Positions 12,801 to 25,079 of a stretch of DNA of 60,000 nt are shown in pieces (within the stretch, counting starts at the first letter, position 1; every line of letters begins with the position of its first letter). The position numbers and the translations under genes are program-made. The stretch comes from Malacoraja senta (Eukaryota). Below the pieces are notes generated by a model that was not told where the DNA came from, ran no database searches, and saw only the letters and a list, made by a program, of their open reading frames with translations. Where the stretch lies: positions 10,418,001-10,478,000 of the forward strand of contig CM075989.1 of assembly GCA_038087875.1 (NCBI GenBank), read 5' to 3'.

Positions 12801-14005
12801 TGGAGACGAGGAGCGGCGCGACTTTCGTTTGCAGCGGCCTCTGCAGTCCGTCTGTCTTTTTATTATTTTTGTCTCGTTTTTATGTAGTTTTTTATTTATT
12901 TTTTTGTCGGGGTATGTGTGTGGGGGGGGGGTGGGGTGGAGGTGGGGGGGGGAACTTTGAAATCTTTCCCCTGCACGGGAGACCCGACCTTTTCTTTGTC
13001 GGGTCTCCATTGTCGTTGGGGCTGGGCAACGTGGAGCGGCCTCCAGCAGGAACGACCTGGGGCTCCAGTTGTGGAGCTGCGGACTACTCACCGTCACGGG
13101 GCTGGCCGAGTCCGGAGCGGGTGGAGTTGTGGTGGAGCGCTGCTGCGACCCGACCCCCGGAGATTCGGAGGCTACAACCGCGGGTCTGGCGGACGGCAAC
13201 ACTGGAAGCCCGCGGGTCCCCTGGTGGGAGACCGCTTTTCGGGGCTTCCGCAGCGGCGACTTCTCCCGCCCGAGTTGCGGGGTTGAAGAGCACCTGGAGC
13301 GGGGCTTTATTCCCCCGCGTGGCTTGGAATGGCCGCCGAACTTTGCGGGCGCGCGCCGGGGCTCTAACACCAAGACCCGGTGCGCGACCCTGCATTAACC
13401 GGCGTGGCTTTAATGGCCGCGGGATAATCACCATCGCCCGCCGGGGGCTTTGACTTTGACTCTGACATCGGGGGGGGGGGGAGTGCAGTGGAGAGATACG
13501 TTTTTTTTTTGCCTTCCATCACAGCGTTGTGATGGATGTATGTGTAAATTGTGTTGTGTCTCGGGTCTTCTTCGTTTTGTATTGTATGGCTGCAGAAACG
13601 ACATTTCGTTTGGACCTCAAGGGGTCCAAATGACAAATTTGTCCAAAACACAAATAAATTGAATTGAATTGAATTGAATTGAATTGAATTGGTAGGAGGA
13701 TGAACTGGGGTAATGCCCCCACCTCTTCAAGGTCGGGTGCAGTAGGCGCTCCCAGGATACAAAGCCCCCAAACGAGGAGAGGGACGGGACGTTGGTATGT
13801 GGGAACTGCTCCAGTATATCAAGCACACCGGCCAACCGGACTTTGAATAAATATGCCAAAAATGGTGGCACCAGCATGTGTAATGTATGCAAAAATAATT
13901 TCACTGTGCATCTGCATATGTGACAAATAAAGCACTATTGAAATTTGACGTTACCTTCAATCACCTAGCAGATGTTGCTCCAGGACTTCTGGGAGAAGGA
14001 GAATG
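9810..14005 (+). repeat. Tandem array of a ~1-kb composite unit, 3-4 diverged copies
   Basis: CTCTTCATGAGCAATGGCTGCCTGATG at ~9818, 10844, 11798; GTGACAAATAAAGCAC at ~10725, 11686, 13920; GTTGCTCCAGGACTT at ~10795, 11749, 13974. Confidence 0.9.
12811..13690 (+). mobile_element. GC-rich non-autonomous retroelement with (TTGAA)n tail
   Basis: Collinear with 49240-50103 (gcggcgcgact...ctctgcagtccgtctgtc...gggagacccgacc...aaatgacaa); AATAAA then microsatellite tail; interrupts one array unit. Confidence 0.8.
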
Positions 14006-14229
14006 AAGTTCTGCTGTCACAGTTTAAAAATAAAGCCACTTTTCACCATCACTGCCCAGAAGGAACATGTAATTACAATGCACATGTTTAACCCACACCT
14101 GGCGGTCCTTGAAGTCCTCACCTCTCTGGTTTGTTTCATCGACGGAGCAAGAAGATGGGTGGTCATAAAAATCTGTTTGGGATCTGGATTAGCAAGTGCC
14201 AGGTCAAAGTGAAGCTGAGGGGGGGGGGG

Positions 14230-14487
14230 GGGGGTGACCAGACCAGACCAGACAAGATTCCAGACATCAACTCCAGCCCCCTTCCATAGAAGGAGAGTTC
14301 ATGGAAGAGGGTGTTGGGGAACGAGAACAAAGTGCGTGGCAGATGGTGGTGCTGAGGAATAAGCCGCAGAAGATGTCACCAACAGGGCAGCCAACATGAA
14401 GGACGCGTAGGGAAGGTCAACTGTCTAGATAAATATGGATATGTATTTTTATTACGAATAAAGTTTATTTTTGAATTTTAAAAAAAG
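14230..14487 (+). mobile_element. Possible polyadenylated 3' end of a non-LTR element
   Basis: AT-rich end with AATAAA at ~14457 and an A-run at ~14480; 5' limit unclear. Confidence 0.3.
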
Positions 14488-15114
14488 GTTTCACGCCCTC
14501 TATTTGATACGAAAGGAGAGTCTCTTGGAAGATGGCTTGATGAACACTCAATGAGGTGGAGCAACGCAGCACTGACCTCTTCTATAGGTGAAGTGTTTCA
14601 AAAATCTCCGGAGTAAATTTGCTTGGGTATGGGTGAAATGTCCTGAAAAATTGCTGCGAGTGTTTTAGTATTCTTCACAGATCTCAGTGCAGAGGCTGCG
14701 GAATGCTGAGTACTCCTATAAATGGTGATTATGCCTTTAAATATTGCTTGAAACTGACATCATTTCCAAATAACCGCTATTAGAAGTTAGCAGTAGGCCA
14801 AGTGGAACCACTAAAATAGCACTCAGCCTCTTGAATGAGTGCTTGCAGACATTTTAAATGCCAATCACTTGTTTAACTTGCCTTATGACAACCATTCCTT
14901 ACGTTCTTTCAAGTCTTGTATTGAAATGGCTTCTTACACTAAACTGGAATTTAAACTCAGAATCTCACTTGGGCTTTTCTTTAACAAAGGAAATATGACA
15001 AAAATCATCACTCCATGACATCCTCTGTGATTTTATTGCTGGATTTTTGTCTTCAGCATCAAGTAGAAGATTATCCTTAAGGTCTTGAGACTCCAGGATG
15101 TTCCTGGAGATTCA

Positions 15115-15434
15115 TAGCCCTGTCCCACGGTGCGAGTTCATTTCAAGAGCTCTCCTGAGTTTTAAAAAAATCAAACTCGTGGTAAGCACGGAGAATGAAC
15201 GTAGCGGGTACGTCGGAGCTCGGGGACGTCTCTTAGCGCTAACGGCAGATACTCGGGAAGACTCGCTAACGGCAGGTAAGCACGGGAAGACTCGTGAAGA
15301 TTGTTCAACATGATGAAAAATGTCCACGAGAGCCCCGAGTACCGACGAGTGGCCATTACCGTAAATCTCTGAGTTCGAATCAGGGCAAACTCGGGAGAAC
15401 TCTTGGAATGGACTCGTACCGTGGGACAGGGGTT
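15115..15434. mobile_element. PIF/Harbinger-like MITE
   Basis: Long TIRs CCCTGTCCCACGGTGCGAGTTCATTTCAAGAG / CTCTTGGAATGGACTCGTACCGTGGGACAGGG; 3-bp TSD TCA (15112-15114 and 15435-15437). Confidence 0.85.
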
Positions 15435-15499
15435 TCAGCAATTCTGGTGCAGTAATAGTCATATTAATTGTGGGGCCCATTGTGACTCTAAAATAGCCA

Positions 15500-16205
15500 G
15501 TTAAAAGAGGGCAGGGCTGGGGCAAGCACTTGTAAGTCAGTGAGGAGGGGTGAATTGAATCAGGTGGGGAGGGAAAGGTGGAGATAGCAACATATACCAA
15601 GAAGTAATGTGGGGAACAAAAGGCTTCAGATTCTGGAATCTGATAGGAAAGGAAGATGATGAAGAACTGATGAGTTGTGGCAGATGGGAACACAGGAGAG
15701 ATGAGTAATTGGGGAATGGGGTTAATGTGAGAAGCAGGGGATGTGAGAGATGACCAGGAAATGTAGGAAGGGAGAAAGGGATGGAGTGTGATTCCTGAAA
15801 TCAGAGTTCAGTGGTCATGCTGTTGGGTTATAGACTACTCGGGTGAAATATGAGATGCTGTTCATCTAGTTTGTTTGGCCTCACTCTGGTAGTGGAGGAG
15901 GCTGAGGACAAACACGTTTATGTGGGAATGGGAAGAGGAATTAAACTGCCCAGCAATTAGGAGATCCAGATGGTTACAATGGACAGGGTGCAGTTGCTAG
16001 GAACAGTGGTTACTTAGTCTGCATTCGGCTTGCTGATGTAGCGGAGGCCAAATTGAGAGTACTAAATGCAGTAGATGAGGTTGGAGGAGGTGCGGTTGAA
16101 TATCTGTCTCAACTGGAAGGGCTGTTTAGATCCTTGGATGGAGGTGAGGGAGGAGGTGTAGGGAGAGGTGTTACACCTCCTAGGTTACAGAAAAGTGCCT
16201 GGGGA
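15500..16205 (-). mobile_element. Penelope-like element remnant (GIY-YIG region and 3' region)
   Basis: Minus strand reads LIYCI*YSQFGLRYIS near 16030-16080, a decayed GIY-YIG motif; complementary to 16400-16640. Confidence 0.7.
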
Positions 16206-16209
16206 GATG

Positions 16210-17165
16210 ATATCAATCACATCTTCCCCTCCCCAGGACCTGCATGGACCATTCTGCGACTTCCTCGTTCTCTTATCCCTCCCACTCATTCCTTCACCCC
16301 TACAACTATAGGTTTAACATCTGCTCCTACACCTCCCTCTCTATCCAGGGATCTATACAGTTCTTCTTGGTGAGACTGAGATTCAGCTGTACCTCCTCCC
16401 GCCTCACCTATTGAGACCAAATGCAGACTAGGTGACCACTCGTGCCGAGCACCTGCGTTCCTTCCGCTGGATCTCCCAGTTGCCAACCACTTTGATTCCC
16501 CTTCCCCTCCCCACATTGACTTGTCTATGCTCAGCCTCCTCCACTGTCAGGATAAGGCCAATTGCAATGTAGAGGAACACTCTTTATATTCTGCCTTCTA
16601 CAACCCAACAACATGAACATTGAAATCTTCAATTTCAGATAAAACTGCACCCTCGCTCTCCTCCTATCTACCCTGATCCTCACATATCCCCCATTTCCAA
16701 CACCCGACTGTCCTGTGTCTTTTACCCCCCTCTCCCCACACTCCTTCCACTGGATCCTTTTCCTCCAATCCACTGCTCCCCTCTCCCCTCCCTCTGTTGT
16801 TCCCATCTGCCACCTCCCTTCATTCAGCTGCATTCTTCATCTTTTCAGATTTCAGAATCTGCAGCTTTTTGTTTTCTACAGCACTCCCCGGCTTCTGTCG
16901 CCATCGCTACCCTTCCCCTCCTTTTTGGTATCTGCCAATCAACACCTTCTCACCTGCACTTAATTTTTCCTTGCTAGCTCTTTCTCTACTAATTCACTCT
17001 TTACACAGGCTATTTCCCCTCTTCTTTTAGTTTAGATGAAGGATCTTGATCCGAAATGTCTACTGTCCGTTTCCCTCCATAGATGCTGCATGATCCATTG
17101 AGTTCCTCCAGCTGCTCTCCTTGTTTTTGCCTCAGATTCCAGCACCTGCAGTCTTATGTGCATCC
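16210..17165 (+). mobile_element. Penelope-like element remnant (GIY-YIG C-terminus, pyrimidine-rich 3' region, hammerhead remnant)
   Basis: IETKCRLGDH...EHLRS...DLPVANHFDSPS...LSLLHCQ; ends with AGATGAA-GGATCTTGATCC-GAAATGTC and the shared tail. Confidence 0.75.
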
Positions 17166-17669
17166 AATCTGTGCTTTCAGCAATTGTTCCTCAATTAGAC
17201 TAAACCCAATTCCAAGCAAATTAATTAATCAAAGCTGTTGCAGTTTCCATGGAGCCAGTAATCGTGAGACAGTCTACTTGAGACAGCCATTGTGACATTT
17301 CCTCCATATTTTGCAATCCTTTGATTGTTGCCCAAAAGCTAAATGTCAGTAGTTGATGCAATAATTGTATCCTGTTCTATCAATATTCACATAAAGGAAA
17401 ACACTAGCATGTCAAGCAATGTTTGCCTCCAAGGGAATAAGACCTATGTTTAAATTCCTTTCCCCACCTATGAATTATGAAGATGGTATCCCTCTATACC
17501 TTATACATAAGGAAATATGCAACACACATCAAGTTACACACCTGAGATGTGATGTGATAATCATACAGGTCTGACTAACCTAGTCATTAAGTGGACAGTC
17601 CAGGGAAGGGGAGTGAATACAGGCATTTTATAGAAAAAACAAATCAGTCAAGGCTTTTTAAACAAAAGA

Positions 17670-18230
17670 ATTGTGATTCAAGCCCCACTCTAGAGACCTG
17701 AACACAGAAAATACAGTCTGACATTCCAATACAATACTGCCCTACTGTTGTATTGGAAGTGCTGTCTGGTGGATAAGTCATTAATTAAATCAGGGTTTAT
17801 CCATTCTTTCAGGTGATGCAAAAAGACCCTATAGTTATATGTTGAAAAATAATAGGGTAGTTTTCCCATTGACTCAGCCAAAATTTATCCTGTAACCAAC
17901 GCATCAGATGAAATTCAAAGAACTGTGGGTGTTAGAAATATGATAAAGAGGATGTGCTCGTAACCCTTCTGATGAAGAATCATTAACCTGAAATGTTAGC
18001 TCAGTTCCTTTCTTTGCAGGCACTGCCTTGAGTATTTCCAGCACTTCCTGTTCTTATTTCAATAAACAGTGGATGTAGGCATTATCAAGTTTGCTGTTTG
18101 TGGGATCTTACCGTGCACACATTGATTTAGCATTTTCTGTGTTAGAGCATTGACCTCTTCAGAATGCATGGTAGCAAAGAGATTTGGGTTATCCCAGAAT
18201 GAATGGTAAACGGCTCTCCAACTGCATGTT
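17670..18230 (+). mobile_element. Old Deu-domain-type SINE (SacSINE1-like), interrupted by a Penelope fragment at ~17905-18060
   Basis: ttcaagccccactctagagac.tgaacaca...tcaggtgatgcaaaaagaccctat...aatttatcc.gtaacc...ttgctgtttgtgggatctt; matched from memory of the consensus. Confidence 0.45.
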
Positions 18231-19114
18231 ATGTTTCACATTTTACCTGTAGGACTCATCCAGAAAGGGTTGGTCGGTTATATGAGCCTGCCTTTGGTGG
18301 GCTGTATCATATTTTGTGTGACATCCTTCATTGCATGAATATTGTATTGGATCCATGAACTATGTCATCAGTGGATGGTTCTTGCTGCTACCCTTTTGGT
18401 TGTCTTTCTTTGGGTTGTGTAGAACCTACTATAAATTGGTGCAGGATGAAGACATCGTGACAGCTGTGGAACACTGAGCAAAGACCTGCATGTTGTGCTG
18501 TGTGTACCAGATACCAGATGGGAATTTATGGTGTGAGTTCCCTTTTGTTATACACAACAAGAAAGAACGTTTTTTTTTGCATTAGGGACCTACAATCCTT
18601 GCAATGCCACGTCTTTATGTTTTCTGCTCTCTGTCAGCGGACAATGAAACGTTAGTGGATATTTTGGAGTGGAGATCTTCACGGATCTTACTTTACCAGG
18701 TTGCAGATATCTCTAACTCTGGCATGGAAGTCTGAGATAATTAAGAACATACCCAGATTTCTATCCCAGTCTTTGCTCTTCTCTCAAGTTTCAGTGGGGA
18801 CATCAATATGGTTGAGATTCATTCATGTGAATTGCATCTTGAATATCAGGCCAACTCTCTCTTCTTCCTCCCTCTTCCAGCAACTTCTGCTCTTTGCTTT
18901 CCATTCATTCTCCCAGTCATTCAATGGGAATGAACATTAGAACTTAAGCAATTGAAATAGGGGCATGTATTTGACCCCTCATGCCTGCTCTTTCATCGGT
19001 AAGATCATGCTGATCTTTTATCTGCACTTAATTCCATGTTCTTTAACTCTAATATACAAAAAATACTTCTCCATGCATGCAAGTAATTGGTTTGTACTTG
19101 AAGTTCTTCTCTAC

Positions 19115-19264
19115 CTGGCAGGCTACTCCCTGGCAATCTGAGCAAGTTTCAAGCAGCAGTTGATTGATTCCTACTAGCAACAGTTTAAGTTCTGCAGGTT
19201 GACTGACCAGCATCTCTGGTACCTCATTGGTCACTTTTAGCCATAGTCCCACTACTTGATAGAC
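19115..19264 (-). CDS. Candidate internal coding exon of an unidentified host gene (VYQVVGLWLKVTNEVPEMLVSQPAELKLLLVGINQLLLETCSDCQGVACQ)
   Basis: ttcttaatcag|GTC...CAG|gtagag; 150 nt, phase 0-0, only one open frame, non-repetitive context; protein not recognised. Confidence 0.3.
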
Positions 19265-20131
19265 CTGATTAAGAACTCTAATTATCACTGGTCATGAACT
19301 GTAGCCACAAATTAGAGATTCAGAGACAAAGAATTCAAACAGTACAGTATACCCAACTACATATACAGTAATGAACTCAGTCAGTAGAAAGCAAATAACA
19401 TTCTAATTCTGATTTATCCAATTTATGTACAAATGAATCAACTACCATACTTGTTAACTACCTTACCAAGTTAACTTTTTGTTGAGAAAGATAGGGTGAG
19501 GTCTCATGATTATCCAATCTATCCCTCACCCAACATCACTGATGTGAATTATTCAATCATTATTTTCTTGCTGTTTATGAGGTATGAGATGCAGTAGCTA
19601 ATCCAAAATTATTTAATTGTTTGTAAAACACCCACTTGTCTACGCTCTAACCTTTTTCTCCCATTTTGGCAATATTGAGTCCTTTTTTTAAGCATTCAAA
19701 GGTATTGTTTGATGTAATTATAATAATGGACACTAAAACAGATGCCTTATAAACAGTAAAAATGTTTATCAAAATGCTGTGAGATCTTGATCAGCTGGGC
19801 AAGCGGGCTCAAGATTCAAGAGAGTTTATTGTCATGTGTCCCAGATAGGACAATGAAATTCTTACTTTGCTTCAGCACAACAGAATATAGTAGGCATGAA
19901 TATTGAGTATTTTTTTAAGCATTCAAAGGTATTGTTTGATGTAATCGATATGGTTATATGAGGAATGGTTAAAGAAGTTTAATTCAAATAAGTATGAGGC
20001 ATTGCATTTTGCAAAGTCAAACCATGGTAGGATGTTCACAGTGAATGCTAGGACCCTGGTGAGTGTTGTAGAGCAGAGGGATTGAGGTGTCCAAGTATAT
20101 ATTTCCTGAAAGTGGTGTAACAGGTGATAGA

Positions 20132-20505
20132 AGAAACAAGGAACTGCAGATACTGGTTTACAATAAAAAGAATACAGAGTACTGGAGTAATTCAGCGGGT
20201 CACATTGATTGTGTTTGTGGAGGGGTGGGGGGGAGGAGCTGGTAGAGAAGAGGGGCTGGACAAAGCCTGGCAAGTAATAGGTGAATCCAGGTAGGGTTGA
20301 TAGGCTGATGGTTGGACAAAGGACAGAAATTACAAGACAGGTGGCTGGTGTGAGACAAAAGGATTGGAGAGTTGTGAATTGTGAAACTAGAGGAAGGAAT
20401 GTAGGTGACAGGGGAGGGGAGAAATAGATGTCCAGAGGGGGGAGAACGAAAAAGGGCATGGGGAGGGGGTTGTAATTATCTAAAATTGGAGAATTCAATG
20501 TTCGC
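20132..20505 (-). mobile_element. Penelope-like element inverted 3' segment
   Basis: Reverse complement of 20670-21130 (ctaaaattggagaattcaatgttc vs gaacattgaattctccaattttag). Confidence 0.8.
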
Positions 20506-20994
20506 CATCCACCAAAACCTACTGAATCTCCCGGTTGCTAACCATTTAAACTATTCTTCCCATTCCCATACTGACGCTTCTGTCCTGGGCCTCCTACATT
20601 GTCAGAGTGACGCCACATGCAAACTGGAGGAACAGCACGTCATATTCCGCTTGGGAAGCCTACAACCCAATGGTATGAACATTGAATTCTCCAATTTTAG
20701 TTAACTACAACCCCTATCCTTCTTTTACCTCCCTTTATTTCCCCTCCTTTTCCCTGTGCCCCACCTAGACTCACCAATTTCTCCTTTCCTCCTCCCCTTC
20801 CACCTACATTCCATCCTCTATTTTCACAATTCCCAATTGTTCAATCCTTTTGTCTCACCTGCCTTTTCATTCTACTCTTTGTCCAACCATCTGCCTAACA
20901 ATCCTCCCTCACCTGCATCCACCTATTACTTCCCAGGCTTTGTTCCGTTCCTCCTCTCTTCATGCTTTTTCCACATAATTCCCCCCACCACAAT

Positions 20995-21030
20995 CAGTCT
21001 GAAGAAGGGTCCTGACCTGAAAAGTCACCT
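20995..21030 (+). ncRNA. Minimal type I hammerhead ribozyme motif
   Basis: AGT-CTGAAGA-A-GGGTC CT GACCT-GAAA-A-GTC-ACC: CUGANGA core, stem II, GAAA and GUC cleavage triplet. Confidence 0.65.
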
Positions 21031-21108
21031 ATCCATGTTCTCCAGAGATGCTGCCTATCCATGTTCTCCAGAGATGCTGCCTATCCATGTTCTCCAGAGA
21101 TGCTGCCT
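21028..21108 (+). repeat. 26-bp tandem triplication
   Basis: CCTATCCATGTTCTCCAGAGATGCTG x3. Confidence 0.95.
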
Positions 21109-22079
21109 GACCTGCTGAGTTACTCCGACACTTTTTTTTCACTGGTAGATAGAGGATGTAGAAGGCTTTTGGGCACATTAGCTTTCATCAGACAACTTAG
21201 GAGTAACTTAGCGGGCCCGACAGCTTCTCTTGAGAAAATTGATGAGTGATGTATTGGCGCGGGCCCCTTCTTCAGACTGACTGGGGCGAGGGGACTGGAA
21301 GCAATAAAAAACTAGGACAAAAATAGCCAGGCAACAGATGACCTGAGGCAGGGAGGTTCCCTGATAGGCTGATTGTTGGCTAGGGACAGTGTATTTCCAT
21401 GCGGGGTCCATCGTTGCTAACCGTGGAATTGGTTAACTGACTATTAGTTTGGGGGGGGGGGACGAGGGAGGGGGAGAAGGTGTTTGTAGGAATCCAGAAG
21501 TACTGGGCATAAGTTTAAGATGAGATGAGAAAGATTTAATCGGAACCTGAGAGTATCTTTTCCTCACAGCGGGTGGTGGTTATATGGAATGAGCTCCCAG
21601 ATGATGCAGTTGAGGCAAGCAGTCTGAGGAAGGGCTTTGCCCAATTCCTTTTCTCCAGAGATGCTGTCTGATCCGCTGAGTTACTCCAGCTTTATGTGTC
21701 TATCTTAGGTATAATAACAACATTGAAAAGACATTTGGACAGGTACATGGATATAAATGTTTAGAAGGATATGGGACAAATGCAGTAAGTGAAAATAAAT
21801 TCAAACTTGCCAGATGCCAAACAAATATCAACAACATCTACTTTCATTAACACAGCATCATCAATGTAGCAAAATCTCACATTGTGTTTCAAATTAGCGG
21901 TATTAAAATTGGTCAGCATGTATGGAACTTAGTAATAGTAAAGGGATAGATATTTTGATGGTGTTAGATCATAGGTCTCCCTTTAGATAGAAAGAATTAG
22001 AACAAATATGTATACGAATTGCAGAAATGATGTAAAAGCGATAGAGTTGCAATAGAAGGGTATTGACTGAAATTGCCTC

Positions 22080-23990
22080 AGAGCAAGGGGCTTGGATGAG
22101 AGGAGTAAATCGTAAAATACATTCAAGAGGGTTTTCTAAAGGAGAGTCCTATGAGGGAAGGGGCTATACTTGACCCTATCTTATGTAATGAGGACGGAAA
22201 ATGATATGAAATGGCAATGGAGGAACCCTTTGAGAACTGCCTTTGTTCCTTTGCCAAAGTTCCGTTGAGAACTTTCATTAACTTCAAGGTTGTTATTGAA
22301 AAATATAAAGTTAGTCCTTGAGTTAGGGAAAGGCAGATTTTGATTGTGTAAGGTAAGAACTGGGAGAGATAGACTAGAGCAGCTGCATGGGGGGAAAACA
22401 ACATCTGATACGTGGGTGGCATTTAAAAATGAGATGGTAGAAGTTCAGATTCAGCATGTTCCTATAAAGGTAAGAGGCAAAGATGGTAGGTGTAGGGAAT
22501 CATAATTAACAAGGACATGGAAGGTTTGATCAGAGAAAAGAAGGAAGAGTATATCAGGTGTAGGAAATTGTATTGAACAAGTTACTTGAGATTTATAGGT
22601 GATTCAGGAGCAAATTTAAGAAGAAAATTATGAGATGGAAAAGGGACAATGAAATGGAAATAGGATTAATAAGATTCCTAAAACCTTTTAGGAGTATATT
22701 GGAAGCAAAATGGTAACTAAGGAAGAAATCAGGGATGGTTTAATTGTTAAATGGTACTTTATTATCACGTGCACCTAAGCACAGTAAAATTATTTTATTG
22801 CATACAATTCAGTGACAATTCTACTATACATTAGGCAGAGGGCAATCTATGCGTTGTGTCAGGAACGAGCAAGATCATAAATCAATACTTCTCATTGGTA
22901 TTCACCGGGGAAAAGGGGACTGGGGAATTAAGGAAGCCGTACTCTGGAGGAAGAGCAAAGTATTGAAGCATTTTAGATTGGATACATCTACAGGCCTGAT
23001 GGGATCTATCCCAGGCTTTTAATAGAAGCAAGGAGATTGCTGGGGGTCTGATGGAGATTTTGTTTTGTATCTTCATTAAGCATGGAATAAAGCTAATGTC
23101 CCCTTGTTCAAAAAAGAAAGTAGGGGTAGGCCTGGAAACTACAAGGCAGTGAGCCTTACATCTGTGATTGGGAAGTTGTTGGAAAGTTTCTGAGGAGCAG
23201 AATTTATTTTCACTTGCAAAGACAGGGACTGATTAGGAGACAGCATGGTTTTGTGCCAGGGAAACCATGTCTCACAAATTGAGCATATTTGATAGGGTGA
23301 AAAGGAAAATTGACAAAGAAGTGGATGTAGTTCACAAGGGCTTTAAGGCTTTTGAAGTCCTGCATGGTAGGCTGGTCCAGACGTTTAAGGCACACAGGAT
23401 GGGAGGTATGTTGGCAGACTTGATCCAAAATTGTCTGGGAGATGGGAGGCAGAAGGTAGTGGCATGATTAGTGAGTTTGTTGATGATTGGAAAATTAGTG
23501 GAGTCATAAATAGTGTCATTAAGTATGTATAAAGATACAGCTGGACATTGATCAGCTGGAAAATTGGGTGGATCAGCTGGAAAATTGGGTGGAGTGGTAG
23601 CAGATGGAATTTAATCCAGATAAGTGTGAGGTCAATTGTAGGATGTACTGTATAAAATAAATGGCAGGGCTCTTAGGAACATCGATTTACAGAGACCTTG
23701 AGGTGCATGTTCATAGCTCCCTGAAAATGGCAGCATAAGTGGATAGGGTAGTGAGAAAAGCATTTGGTATGCTTTCTTTCATAGGCTGAGGCATGAAGAG
23801 TTGGGATGTCATGTTGTAATTGTATAAAGCACCAGTTAGACCATATATTAGGTATTATGTACAGTTCTTGTTGCTACACTACAGGAAGGATGGGGTAGAA
23901 ATAAACATACTGGTGAAGGGATGCATTAGTAATTAACCTGGAATAGAGAGCTGTAATTGCAAGGGAAGATTGGATAAGCTGGTTTTATTC
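22080..23990 (+). mobile_element. Decayed CR1 LINE ORF2
   Basis: Remnants ATLD.IL.NE, ANV.PLFKK, PGNYKAVSLTSVIGKLLE, QHGFVPGKPCLTN; many stops and deletions. Confidence 0.85.
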
Positions 23991-25079
23991 TCATGTGAAA
24001 AAACACACAAGGAAATAAGCAGATGACCAAATGCTCACACTCATAAAATCAGATTTTAAGTAGCATGTTAAAAGAGGAAAGTAAAAACTAGTGAGGCAGA
24101 GACATTTAGAGAGAGTATTCCAGAGCTGACAGTTCAAGTATCTGGAGGTGTTGGTGGAGAGAGAAAATGGGACAATTAAGGGGCTGGAATTAGAGGAGTG
24201 CAAAGATCTAGGGGGTTGCAAGACTGGGATGTTACAAAAAAGTGAGCAATGAGCTCATGGAGAGTTGGAACTGTGAGCAAGAATTTTGAAATGAAGGCAT
24301 TGCTCAACTAGGAGCCAAGGTCGGTCAGTGTGAATAAGGAGGTAGTTGGCTTGATAAATGACCTAAACTTACCCACGCAACAGTCACAACTATATGGTGC
24401 CAATTGCTGTGCGTGCAAAACTGTTTGGGAGGTTTCCCAAGAAATGTTACCGTAAGTCAAGTCCTTTCAGAGTAGGACACAAATGGAACAAAAACAAGGC
24501 ACACAGCAATGAAACAGAAATGTGTTTCAATAGAGAAGTATATCACAGTGTAACAGAGTTTTATTGGCATTAAAACTTCACTGGCATCAAACATGTATTT
24601 ACATTGTTGGCAACAACATTTTACTGGCACCAAAACTTAATTGCCTGTAAAAGAAGGTAATTGAAAAGCTAAAAAATGTAACCAATTTTCCAGTGTTTAG
24701 AAGATTCCAATAAAAATGGGATAACATCAGGTTCCATCTAATATCATACCAGATGCCATAAATTACTTGTCAATGCAGAGCCAGAAAGAAAGTAATTTAT
24801 GTGGAAAATCATCCCAAGTGGTTTCACAGAAGTTTAAGCAAAAAAAAAGACATCGATAAAGGAGATCCTTTACCCATTGTTCTGTCATTGATAAATAGAT
24901 GCTCGACTCCAGTTTGTATGGTGATCCTGCTGTTTTGGATATCATCATATAAAAGATATATTTCTGAGGGCAGATAAATGTATGAAACAATCTCCAATAT
25001 ACGATTTTGGAAAACCATCAAGGATGCCAATAGGAAATTCTGGACCAATCCCGAGTCCTTGGATAACCATGCATTGATG

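Larger units (their letters stand above)
20506..21140 (+). mobile_element. Penelope-like element 3' end (GIY-YIG C-terminus and hammerhead)
   Basis: LPVANHLNYSSHSHTDASVLGLLHCQSDATCKLEEQHVIFRLGSLQPNGMNIEFSNFS*. Confidence 0.85.
19780..21785 (+). mobile_element. Decayed CR1 LINE 3' part, fragmented by later insertions
   Basis: gatcttgatcagctgggcaag; gaggcattgcattttg; gagcagagggat; aaagatttaat.ggaacctgag; gacaggtacatggat pieces are collinear with the CR1 at 48600-50330. Confidence 0.7.

Noticed and set aside
12341..13453. 370-aa ORF and overlapping antisense ORFs
   Set aside because: Spans the junction of a tandem-array unit and an inserted GC-rich element; open because of GC content, has low-complexity translation, and is not maintained in the sibling copy at 49240-50103
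18250..18940. Several strong plus-strand splice acceptors in unique sequence
   Set aside because: Frames close quickly and no consistent donor pairing was found
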